Shown here one piece after another: positions 52,291 to 64,000 of a DNA stretch of 64,000 bases. Each line of letters starts with the position of its first letter. Within the stretch, counting starts at the first letter, position 1. A program made the position numbers and the translations under genes. The notes beneath the pieces are model-generated. The model searched no databases. It was not told the origin of the DNA and saw nothing but the letters and a program-made list of their open reading frames with translations. The DNA comes from Octopus sinensis (taxonomy: Eukaryota), in the NCBI RefSeq assembly GCF_006345805.1, contig NC_043006.1:105648001-105712000 (forward strand), written 5' to 3'.

Positions 52291-52469
52291 ACTAATGATT
52301 CAAAAAGATTTATGTAAAAGGTTTCACAGACCTCGTCTCCCTTCCTTTCTTTTGCCACCAAGAGCGGCACGTAAATTAAAAATAAATGAAAACGGATTTC
52401 CATCGGTTTCAACGATGAATGTTCCATGTATTCTATCAACTCGACTGTTTACTCATTAAATTAAAATCT

Positions 52470-52680
52470 AAAAGTGGCTGATATTCCACACATGTGTCCT
52501 CAAAATCAGCATCATACAATATGTGATGAAAGTGGAACTTTGAATGACAAGTAGAATGATAGCATCTGTTCGCAGGGCTTCCACAGTTTCCATCTACTCC
52601 AGTTTCACTTATAAGGTTTGGATCGACTCAAAGTTATGGTAAAAAACACGTACGTAAATTGACACATTGTGCGTTCAAAG
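52470..52680 (-). mobile_element. Degenerate SINE
   Basis: CAGTTTCCATCTAC...CACTTATAAGG resembles the reverse complement of the 145-268 family. Confidence 0.45.
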
Positions 52681-52714
52681 GTTCTCAGAAAGAACTACAG
52701 CATGACAAGACTCT

Positions 52715-53135
52715 GTAAACCAATCACTTCAATAGCACTATCCTACCTGCGCTATAATAACTTATTCTGGGCCACAACAAAGAAGGAACAATAATAACTG
52801 GCTACAACATACAGAAAGCTATGGAAAGATCTATGCTAAGAATATTATTGCAGGGGCATATTCGAAACGAAGTAATTTTAAGAAAGGAGTGGAGTGAACT
52901 ATGTGATCGTGGAATACCGAAAGCAAAAGTTCCGTAGGACCGGATATGTCGCGAGGTTCATAGACAACAAGCGGATCCACGCAGTAGTCGAGTGGTATTC
53001 AAGAGGTCAGATGAAACCATTCGGAAGACCCCTTAGGTGATGGTAAGATGACACGGTCAAAAACTTCGGATCCAAATAGAAGTGAAAGGCATAACAAAGG
53101 GAAGGATGGAAGCGCATTGCGTGAGTGATATACGT
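52715..53135 (+). mobile_element. RTE-1-like C-terminal fragment
   Basis: WATTKKE, QKAMERSML, HIRNEVI, VARFIDN, AVVEWY, GRP peptides read across frames. Confidence 0.7.
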
Positions 53136-53969
53136 TTTGGGGCATCAAATAATGTGGATGATGAAGCAATAAAGCAATGTGGTCAAACGTTGGATCTCAT
53201 GGTTGTAAAAGCAATTTCTAAACTACTTCACCATCCCCATGATGCGTACACACGTATATATACAAATACTCAAACACACACACATACACTCACGTACACA
53301 CACATACACAGATGCGTATACATAGAGATGCATTCCCTTATTCGATAACTGTCAGCAAGTTTTGTCATTGGTTAATGTGTACAACAACGAGAATGATTAA
53401 AGATGTATGTCGGTCCGTAGTTGTAGTAGTAAAAGCGAGGTTTGTCTCCAGCCTGTATTAAAATTGAATGAGGGTACGGCTATTTCGTCTGTCAATAGAA
53501 ACTTAATATCGAACCGTGATAGATAATCAGAAATCTTTTGTTTTCTATTCATATATTTTATATCCCTTGCAGTTTTAAATTAAACAATCAATTTTCCCCT
53601 CTCGCTATCGTACATACCCCGATCCTCAGCTTCATTTTCTTAAGGTCTAAATGTCCCCTATAAAAAAGCATTAACTCAGCTATGTTTTGCTAGCTCTATG
53701 TTTGGTGAGTGACAGCTTCAATTTAACCAGTTTTGTGGAATTATATATTCGCACACACAATACATACATACATACATACATACATACACACATACGTACA
53801 TACATTGATATATACGTGCATAAATGTATATATATATGCATGTGTGTGTGTGTGTGTGTGCATTTATATATATATATAACTTATATATATATATATACAC
53901 ACATAATATAAACGTATATATATGTGCATACTTATATATATGTATACATACATACATGCATATATATAC

Positions 53970-54020
<51 letters not shown>

Positions 54021-54608
54021 GTATAAATACATATATGCGTTCATCAACTGAAATGTATATATATATATATATTATATATATATATATTATATATATAATA
54101 TATATATATATATACATATATATACATATATATACACGCACACACACATATATTTGTATGTATATATGTATATACACACATATATATATAATATATATAT
54201 ATATAATTACGAACGAACACACACACACGTACGCACGCGCGCACACACACACACACACGAATTTATGCCTGAACATAGGCGGATCTATCTAGTATATTTT
54301 TATATAAATATATTTTGTCTTTAGTAGTTATAATATTATATATTTGCTCTTCTTAATGTATTTTGGTGTCACCATAATTTTGTTCCTTCAACTATGATTA
54401 CCTCTCCACCGCAACCACATCACCGTCGTCGTCTGCCTCCTCCCTACCATTATCATCATCATCATCATCATCATCATTGTTTTTGTCATTCTCTTTCCGT
54501 AAAATGACCCAAATGTCAAATAAGAAAACAACTCTCATTAATTCATAATCTTATTAAACCTATGCTTCCTGTCCTTACTCTCCACACACACGCACACATA
54601 GTATATAT

Positions 54609-54679
<71 letters not shown>

Positions 54680-54722
54680 GTACATGCATACTCACACACG
54701 CACTCCCATATTTATATATACA

Positions 54723-54792
<70 letters not shown>

Positions 54793-55132
54793 ATATATAT
54801 ATTTATATACATTCACATACACATATGTATATATAATATATATACATATGTTTGCATATATATATATACACACACCCATACGCACACACACATATTATAT
54901 TATTGCATGTTTTGAATCTGCATACTTTAGGTATGTAAGTGTATATATACATATATCTATATATATATATATGAAGGTGCATATATTTATATATATATAT
55001 ATATATGGAGGTGTATATATTATATATATATATGAAGGTGTATATATTATATATATATATTATATATTATATATATATATATATTATATATACATATATA
55101 CATATATACATATATATATATGTATGGACATA

Positions 55133-55797
55133 CGTGGTCTGATCAATAAGTATCCGGACGGTTGTCATAGTAACAAAGCTAAAGTACACAGAGTTTTAAC
55201 GTTCTAGCTGGCTTCCGCTGTTTTCGGCAGTGCCTGGAAGGAATGTGTGTAGCGTGTGATCATCGCACTGACCATGACAGAGAAAGTCGAGCAGAGAGTC
55301 TGCGTTAAATTTTGCCAAAAGCTTGGCGATTCCTGCTGAGAGGCCTACGCAGAGTTTTCAGAAAGTTTTCATCTTCTCGACAAAATCAAGGAGATTTGAG
55401 CAACTGAAACCGAGTGCTTCTTGGTCATCTGAAAGCACTTTTGGCACAAAGTTGGCAGATACTCGTCTCATATCCAAATCTTCAGAGATAATGGACTGAA
55501 CTGAACCGTAACTAATCTGCACATCCTCTGATAACTCACAGCTGCACGCACATCTCAGCTGCAGGTCTCTCAGAACGTTCGTCCTAGAACGGCCATTTTG
55601 GAAACACCTGAACCACTCGTACACTTGTGTACGGTTCATACACTTCTCTTCATACACTTTCTGTAACTTTGCGTAAGCCTCTGAGTAGGTATCACCATAA
55701 CAACTTCCTCTGTCATGGTCAATGCGAAGATCGCTCGCTACACACCTTCCTTCCAAGCGCTGGTGTAAACAGTAGAAGTGAACTAGAACGTTAAATT
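55133..55797. mobile_element. Two opposed mariner 5' fragments (plus 55133-55368, minus 55369-55797)
   Basis: TA+CGTGGTCTGATCAATAAGTATCCGG TIR and MTEKVEQRVCVKFCQKLG on plus; same leader and HTH region (EAYAKLQKVY...RTQVYEWF...RRVSANFVPKVLS) on minus. Confidence 0.8.
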
Positions 55798-56558
55798 CCT
55801 ATTAGTGGGTTTGCGCGCTAAGTGCTTCTGATGATGATTTCAGCAGGGATTGAAACGTACATGTATAAATGCTCCTTGTTTTATTGTCCGTAGGCATGTT
55901 ATATAGATTATATAGTTCACAATGGACATAACACACAGTGATGGCTATTAAATCTATTGATATGTTCTACAGTATATTATAGTAATGAAACGAATCACTG
56001 TTAACACTCCAGTTATTCAATGTTCTATATAGCTATCATGAAAATTAGTCTATCCAATTTACATTAACCGTTGATATTAGCAGGTTTAAATTCCGCCGAG
56101 GTCAGTTTTGCTTTACATTCTTTTAGGGGTCAGTGCCATCGCTTGATCTCATTTCCCAAAATTTCAGGACTTGCACTTATAGTAGAAAGAATTTTAGTTG
56201 CTTTAGAAGAAGTGTGTTATTGGATAATTAAACTGTAGCATATCTTAGCCACTGTTCTAACAACCCCGTGAACACAAAACCGAGTGCCTAATCGAAAAGG
56301 AGAGCTTATCATAAAATTAAACAGAACCAGACTGGTTTATTGACAGGAACCTTTCGGTATAGAACTAAATGCATTATCATCTCATCCTTCTTCATACTGA
56401 GTTCACATTGTCACAGGACCTCCTTTGTTTCTCATCTCAAGATATGAAAAAATCAAATAGATACCAGTGGTCGATCTAACTGGCGAAAGCTCGTCTATAC
56501 CAAAATGTAGCGATGGCATTTAGTAACTAATTCTTTCCTCAAATGTACAAGAGCACCT

Positions 56559-56592
<34 letters not shown>

Positions 56593-57263
56593 GTATATGT
56601 CTGTGTCTTGTAAGAGAACAAAAAAATCATATTGTGTTGACTGGGGGGAAAATTCGAGCACGCCTTCTCTGAAGAGTAGTCAACAACCATAAACCGTTCA
56701 TTTGGGAGAATCCCACACTTTTGTTTCCCTCACATAAACACTATAATTGGAATGTATTAAAATTTTTCTCTAACACATAATACGACTTTGTAATTTTTAA
56801 AATTTATTTAAGTACTTCTGATTTACGCTGTGCTGCGCATAAAAAAATAATGTTAAAAAAAAATCTGAAATGACTATAGGCAATTTCGTATTCAAACTCG
56901 ATGTGAACATTAGATACGTACGATGCTAAATCTGGATTGTGTCCTATTGCTTTTCCATAGATTCAAGTGATATTGATGACGGAGATAAACTAACCTCGTT
57001 CCCCAGACCTCCTTTTCCAGAATTATTATTACTGAAACTTAATGGTAAAACAGGAACGTTGCAAAAGTTACATTCAAGCAGCTCCATACAAGCTACAACA
57101 ATGGTAACACATTCACCTGTTTAGAAGTATACGTGCTGCTATTTATACATTAAAACACCTATGCTACACATAAATTGACTTATACTAGTATACAAATTCA
57201 TTTAATGGGAAAACAGCATGCGTCTAGAAATAAATATAATAAAGAAAAGCGTAGCAAACGGTT

Positions 57264-57264
<1 letters not shown>

Positions 57265-57342
<78 letters not shown>
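57265..57342 (+). repeat. Pure (TATC)n without an insertion
   Basis: Direct reading; no Tx1 sequence on either side. Confidence 0.95.
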
Positions 57343-57344
<2 letters not shown>

Positions 57345-57390
57345 ATGTATGTATATATATATGTATATATGTGTATACATATACATATGC

Positions 57391-57437
<47 letters not shown>

Positions 57438-57479
57438 TATGTATATGTACACACACATATATTTATGCATATATGTATT

Positions 57480-57510
<31 letters not shown>

Positions 57511-57569
57511 GTATATGAGTATATATATATACATATATATACACAAATATATGTATTTGTGCATTTATG

Positions 57570-57628
<59 letters not shown>

Positions 57629-58442
57629 ATATATATACGTATATAAATGATATAAGTATATATATATATGTATGCATACACACACACATATATATACATA
57701 CATACTTATACACACATGCATATACACACATATGTATCCAACTCACAAAGAGGTATTTTAAATGTCGAGTTTGCTGAAAAGACGAAGCTTTTAAAAGTAT
57801 GAAAATAATAAAGAAATATAAAAGAAATAACTAAAGAGCTCTGCTGTTCTTTTGCTCCTCGTTTTCTCCTTCTTTACTCCTATCCCAACCTTCTTCCTTT
57901 ATTTCATTCATACGTTCTAGAAATTCTATTTTATTTTGTTTCATTCCATTTTAATACATTCAGCTTCCTTCTTTGGTCCCTCTCTGCGTGTTTTGGAACG
58001 CCACATAAACCACGTCAAGCTTCTTTCTGTCTTTCTTACTTTCCTTTCTGTCTTTTTTCCTCCCTATTTTGCGTTAATAACACGGATTAAAACGAGGCTC
58101 ATTTCCGGTCATGTGTTTCCTTTGTTTCAAAATACAGGGTGGGTAAGGTGGGGTGGGTAGAACCTCCTCCCCTCAAAACGAAACACAACAAACAAGCAAA
58201 GGAAGATGTATGAACATGGCGTACGTCTGGCAAGTAGAAGACAATGGACATGCCATCAACCATCAGCGTGTATCAGGGAGAAAAGTTTTTTTCGTCCTTG
58301 TCCTTCCATATTCACAGAACTTCTCTCAATAATGGCACAAATCTTTACCCGTTTCCTTATTTTATTCCGAAATAATTTCTGTTTATTTAGTTGTTTTCGT
58401 TATTTTCATTTTATATTTTTATCCCAACAGTTTATGGCGGAC

Positions 58443-58482
<40 letters not shown>

Positions 58483-58996
58483 ATGGCACACACAATAGCA
58501 CAAAAACACATACATATTCGTATATGGATCTACATTCACACAAGCATAGACGCATACACATGCACGCATACATTTATTTATATATGCTTACACTACACAA
58601 TCATACATACATACATACATGAATGCATGCATGCATACATAATACATACATACATGCATACATGCATACATACATACATACATACATACATGCATGCATG
58701 CATACATGCATGCATGCATATATACATACACACATACATACATATAAACGTGTTACAGTATAACAAGGCTCTACCTTTCCTCTCTCACTTCCTCTCTTTT
58801 ACCTTTTCTCTCTCTCCTCTCGCTACTTTCCAGTATCCCAAATTCCCTCTCCCTTCTGCTCTCTCTCTCTCTCTCTCTCCATATCCTTTCTCTCATTTGT
58901 CTCTCTCTCTTGCTTATAGATCGATAGACCTCCTCAAACATACAATAACACACTGCATATACACGTAGACATACTGACGCAGTGGACATGCATTTA

Positions 58997-59054
<58 letters not shown>

Positions 59055-59085
59055 TGTGCATGTATTTATCCAATCATTACGTATA

Positions 59086-60357
59086 CAGGGGTTGGACAAA
59101 ATAATGGAAACACCTAACATCATAGTATCATAATTTTGAAATATCAATAAAACCATCAAAAGCTTGTTTATTTTTATGTTTTTTGATTTATTATTAGTGT
59201 TGCTGAATATGTTTTGCTAAAATTGCTGTTTCTTTTCATATATAATCAGAAAAAGGTAATTAAAATCCATTAAAAAGACAGATCTATCGGACTTTCAAAA
59301 AGGTCAACTTGTTGGTGCTCATATGGCTGGCGCTAGCGTAACGAAAACAGCCGAAATGTTTGATGTGTCAAGAAGTACTGTCTCGAAAGTAATAACAGCC
59401 TTTGAGAAAGAGGGAAAAATGTCCCCATGGAAATAAAATTCCGGAAGAAAACCCAAACTTTCAGATAGGGACCGTCGGACACTTACGCGAATTGTTAGAA
59501 AGGATAAAAAGAAGTACAGCTCCCAAAATTACAGCAGGACTTAATGATCACCTCGAGAACCCAGTTTTCACAAAAACTGTTCGCAGGGAGCTGCACAAAC
59601 CCGGATTTCACTGGAGGACTGCAATCAGAAAATCACTACTTTCAAAAACAAACGTTGCAAAGCATTTAAAGTAGAGTAAAAACCCACGGAATTAGTCCCT
59701 AGAGCAGTGGAAAAATGTTATTTTCTCAGGAGGAGTCATCCTTTATCTTACTTCCGACCCCCGGTCGAGTATACGTGTGGAGACAGCCAAGAGAAGCATT
59801 TGACCCAGACTACCTTCTTCCAACTGTTAAACATGCAGGAGGATCTGTGATGATCTTGGGGGCTATATCTTGGAAATCCGCCGGCCCAATGGTTTTCCTT
59901 CATAGCAGAATTAGTAGTCAAGTCTAAGCATTTTATCTGATCAAATTCATCCTATGGTTGCAGAACTGTTTCTGGAAGGAAACGCAATCTTTCAGGATCA
60001 TAATGCACCAATTCGCACAGCTGAATTTGTTCCTGAATGGCACGAGGAACATTCTAGTGAAGTTGAACATCTTATCTGGCCACCACAGTCCCAAGATCTC
60101 AATATTATTGAACATTTATGGTGCATTTTAGAAAAACAAGTAAGGAGTCGATATCTTCCACCATTATCACTACAAGACCTGGTGACTGTTTTAGCTGAAG
60201 AATGGACAAAAATTCGTTTGGAAACAAATTCAAACTTTGAACGAGTCCATACCGCGTAGAATTCAAGCTGTAATTACTACCAAAGGCGGTCCTACCCCAT
60301 ATAAAGATAATTTTGTTTGAAATTTTAAAGTGTTGCCATTATTTTATCCACATTCAT
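59086..60357 (+). mobile_element. Tc1-like DNA transposon, near full length, decayed
   Basis: Left TIR TA-CAGGGGTTGGACAAAATAATGGAAACAC and right GTGTTGCCATTATTTTATCCA; transposase TDLSDFQKGQLVG, TVKHAGGSVMILG, FQDHNAP, WPPQSQDLNIIEHLW, KGGPTPY. Confidence 0.92.
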
Positions 60358-60822
60358 ATCTACATTTATTCAGGCATGTATATATATCTGTATGTATGTA
60401 TGTGTGTATGCATATATGTTTGTGTATGTATGTATGTATCTGTCTATCTGTCTAAATATATATTAGAGACAGAAAGAGAGAGGGAGAGAAAAAACACATG
60501 CGCACACTCACCACACACACACGCGCGCTATCACATGTACACTGACTCACATACACGCACACACACACATATATACACATGTATATTCAAACAAACAAGA
60601 AATGAATGGAAACATGTACGTGTAAGAAAAATAAAGTTATGGAGGGAGAGAGAAAGAGAGAGAGGGGGAGGGGGAAAGAGAAAGTGAGTGAAAGAATGTG
60701 AGGGCACAGAGAGAAAAATGGAGTCCTGACTCATGAGGAATTATTTTGGAAACGTTTATTAGACTTGATGTTTGACCAGGACAAGAATGACTGCTGCTAC
60801 TACTACTACTACTACTACTACT

Positions 60823-61033
60823 GGTTTCAAATTTTGGCACAATGCCAGTAATTTTAGGGGAGGGAATAAGTCGATTATATCGACCGCTGTGCTCAAATGT
60901 TATTTATTTTATCGACCCCGAAAGGATAAAAGATAAAGTCGATCTCAGTAATATTTGATCTCAGAACATGAAGACAGATGAAATGTCGCTAATCATTTTA
61001 GCGGCTTGCTAACGATTCTGCCGGCTCGCCTCC
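60823..61033 (-). mobile_element. SINE with Deu/Nin-like central domain, tail type 1
   Basis: Reverse complement GGCGAGCCGGCAGAATCGTTAG...ATCCTTTCGGGGTCGATAAAAT...TTGTGCCAAAATTTGAAACC; domain name assigned from memory, not searched. Confidence 0.7.
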
Positions 61034-61186
61034 GTATGGGACATTGAAACACACCTTAATACCCATATCTACCGGGGAAAAACGAGAATAGACGAGAAAG
61101 AGCGAGGAAGAACTACGGTTAGAAATTTGTAGATATTGAAAAAGAAAACGAGGGAGAGTGGGAGAGAGAGAAAGATAGCTTGATAG

Positions 61187-61246
<60 letters not shown>

Positions 61247-61835
61247 GGGGAGGAAGAGGAGACACAGAAAAAGACAAACAAGAGAGGAAAGAGAAAAGCA
61301 AGGAGAGATGTGAGACAGAGAAAGGGAGAATGAAAGAGGAGAAGAGGAGAGAGGGAGGGAGGGAGAGAGAGAGAAGACGGGAGAGAAATAATTAAGTAGT
61401 GATAAAAGAGCATTAGCGAGTGAAGTGGATAAAACAACTTGACAAGCAACCGAGAGGTCGGTGGTTCGTCTCCTGATAACTATACTTAGTTGTATGTCCA
61501 GGTTAAAAGGAGTACAGCAGAGAAGGAAAATAATTCAGAGTAAATCTATTATTTGCTGCCCAATAGCCATTTAACATGTCGGGTTTCTCGTCCTGATCGG
61601 TAGCCGTAGTCATCATCTTCCGCTCCAAAACAGGCAGGAATGACACGAATGCTTCGGCCACCGAAACACCTGGACGCTTACCTGGCCTAATCATACTGAA
61701 GAACTGATTTGTGATATCCAAATTGTTGTAATTCTTCCGTACAACAGCAGGCTCCAGCCAAGTCGATCACCTCACCGCTATAGATCGAGTCTTAAGGAGA
61801 ACGTTTAATAGATATATCCAATATTGGTTCCAACT

Positions 61836-62054
61836 AAGACGGCGAGCTGACAGAATCGTTATGCTTATCGGTATTTCGTCTGCCGTTACGTTCTGAGTTC
61901 AAATTCCGCCGAGGTCGACTTTGCCTTTTATCCTTTCGGGGTCGATTAATTAAGTACCAATTACGCACTGGGGTTGATGTAATCGACTTAATCCTTTTGT
62001 CTGTCCTTGTTTGTCCCCTCTATGTTTAGCCCCTTGTGGGCAATAAAAAAATAA
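61836..62054 (+). mobile_element. SINE of the same body with Tx1-like 3' tail (tail type 2)
   Basis: GGCGAGCTGACAGAATCGTT...GTTCAAATTCC...ATCCTTTCGGGGTCGAT...; tail TTTGTCCCCTCTATGTTTAGCCCCTTGTGGGCAATAAAA. Confidence 0.8.
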
Positions 62055-62241
62055 GAATCGTTAGAATGCTTAACGGTACTTCGTCCGTTTCTACGTTCTG
62101 AATTTAAATTCCATCGACGTCGACCTTGCCTTTCAACCTTTTCGGGGTCAATAAAATGAGTAGCAGTAGAACACTAGGACTGAAGTAATCAACTTACACC
62201 CTCTACCCCAAATCATTAGCTTTTTGCCAAAATTTGGAACC
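62055..62241 (+). mobile_element. Second, older SINE copy directly downstream, tail type 1
   Basis: AGAATCGTTAG...TTCGGGGTCAATAAAATGAGTA...TTTGCCAAAATTTGGAACC. Confidence 0.6.
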
Positions 62242-62372
62242 AATATTAGTTTCAACCGGGCCAACCTATCAGTAAAAACTGAAGCTCTGGTCATCAGGAA
62301 CTGCCAACACACATCAATATATGCTACATTAGCATTAGTGGAGATCATTTCCCGTAGCACAGGATCCCCCTC

Positions 62373-62405
<33 letters not shown>

Positions 62406-62710
62406 TGTATGTATGTATGTATGTATGTATGTATGTATGTATGTATGTATGTATGTATGTATGTATGTATGTATGTATGCATGTATGCGTATGTGTGTGT
62501 GATACAGCTATAAAAAACAGCATGTAAAATAGCATGTAAGTATTCGGTGAAAAATCCCTTTTGGACAGAAAAATCTCAGGCGGCCTTCGACGTTTTGCAC
62601 CACAAATGCTTTTGCAACCCAATATTTACAATCTGTTATTTATAGCTTCATGCGATGTGCTTCGACAACCATTAATAAGAAGGAAAGAGAAGAAAAAAAG
62701 AAAAATGTAT

Positions 62711-62963
62711 ATGGCGTAGTGGTTAAGAGCGCGGTCTACTAACTCCAAGATTCCAAGTTCGATTCCAGGCAGTGACCTGAATAATAATAATAAGAACAAT
62801 AACAACAATAATAATAACAATAAAAATAATAATAACATCGGAAAAATACCTTAGGTTCGAAGTTTCCCCAGGACACCTGATGAAGACTGGAGAGTATATC
62901 AGCCGAAACGTTGTTCTAACAACAAACAAGATGACAAATATCCGTCAAATTTAAATAATGTAC
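62711..62963 (+). mobile_element. tRNA-headed SINE-like element with hammerhead-like/Penelope-like tail
   Basis: A-box TGGCGTAGTGG (62712), B-box GTTCGATTCC (62757), (AAT)n linker, then CTGATGA-A-GACTG..CAGCC-GAAACGTT (62877-62912). Confidence 0.65.
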
Positions 62964-63063
62964 ACGTCCCAAATATAGAACTGTAGAACAAAATTATTTT
63001 TAAGAGTTAATTTTATTCTTAAAAGTGCCTTTACACGCGCGTGCACACATATATATGTATATA

Positions 63064-63132
<69 letters not shown>

Positions 63133-63175
63133 CATACATACATGTATGTATTTATCTACATACATACATATACAT

Positions 63176-63214
<39 letters not shown>

Positions 63215-63268
63215 CATACATGTATGTATTTATCTACATACATACATAATACATACACACACACATAT

Positions 63269-63318
<50 letters not shown>

Positions 63319-63325
63319 TACATAC

Positions 63326-63394
<69 letters not shown>

Positions 63395-63406
63395 CACACA
63401 CACAAA

Positions 63407-63681
63407 GGGTAACGGCTTCTTCGGTCATGAATGACCATAGGATTGTACCTAGAAAGTTCCCCGCCAAGGCACAAGTCCGGGCAAGGTTATTTATGGAAGA
63501 CCATCAGTCGCCCATGTATACCTGCCCCACCTCTCTCCACGCCACCGATCTTATCCAAGAGAAAGGCAAAAGGGGCCGACACCGCTTCGCACCAGTGACG
63601 TCGCAACTCATTTTTACAGCTGAGTGAACTGAAACGACGTGAAATCAAGTGTCTTGCTCCAGAACACAACAGACAGCCGGG
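63407..63681 (-). mobile_element. SINE lacking its tRNA head
   Basis: Reverse complement TTGTGTTCTGGAGCAAGACACTTG...CACTCAGCTGTAAAAATGAGT central domain plus tail; cut by the adjacent Tc1 piece. Confidence 0.55.
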
Positions 63682-63682
63682 T

Positions 63683-63920
63683 CCTCCTGCATGTTTAACA
63701 GTTGGAAGAAGGCAGTCGGGGTCAAATGCTTCTCTTGGCTGTCTCCACACGTATACTCGGCCGGGGTCGGAAGTAAGATAAAGGATGACTCCTCCTGAAA
63801 AAATAACATTCTTCTACTGCTCTAGGGACCAATTCCGTAGGTTTTTACTCCACTCTAAACGCTTTGCAACGTTTGCTTTTGAAAGTAGTGATTTTCTGAT
63901 TGCAGCCCTCCCGTGAAATC
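63683..63920 (-). mobile_element. Internal fragment of the same Tc1 family as 59086-60357
   Basis: Reverse complement matches ~59605-59840 (VWRQPREAFDPD.LLPTVKHAGG). Confidence 0.9.
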
Positions 63921-64000
63921 GAACTCACTACCTCATGATTCCGAGTCGTTTGCCGTGCCCTTTGAAAAGCTATCTCATCACTCCAAGCGATGCGGGCATC

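Noticed and set aside
61503-61790. Minus-strand exon with strong CCAG|GTAAGC donor near 61684
   Set aside because: No open frame from the nearest acceptor to the donor, and no recognisable homology.
62711-62780. Functional tRNA gene
   Set aside because: A and B boxes are present, but there is no convincing acceptor stem or T-run terminator, and it continues into a SINE-like body.

Overview
AT-rich eukaryotic DNA dense in microsatellites and transposable elements. The repeat landscape (tRNA-derived SINE types, (TA)n/(TATC)n load) suggests an octopus or other cephalopod genome; this is inference. No host gene is supportable. The dominant feature is nine same-strand L1/Tx1-clade non-LTR retrotransposon insertions between 4.8 and 47.2 kb: four near-full-length two-ORF copies (families here called B and C) and five 5'-truncated copies (family A). 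Every one is flanked on both sides by (TATC)n, lacks a poly(A) tail, and they form tandem chains. This looks like a (TATC)n/(GATA)n-specific Tx1 system. Supporting observations: cluster-specific variant-repeat signatures recur between insertions (possible very long target-site duplications); the 3' UTR has covarying stem-loops; the 5'UTR/ORF1 N-terminal module is swapped between families; a SINE has a 3' tail matching the Tx1 3' end; one truncated copy carries a perfect 94-bp fold-back. Also present: a decayed Helitron (Rep/PIF1 helicase) with a captured Tx1 5' fragment and two 3' termini, Penelope remnants, two minimal hammerhead-like motifs, Tc1/mariner and RTE relics, and several SINEs. Many frameshifts fall in homopolymers and may be long-read assembly errors. 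Family names A/B/C are my labels. No database searches were run.
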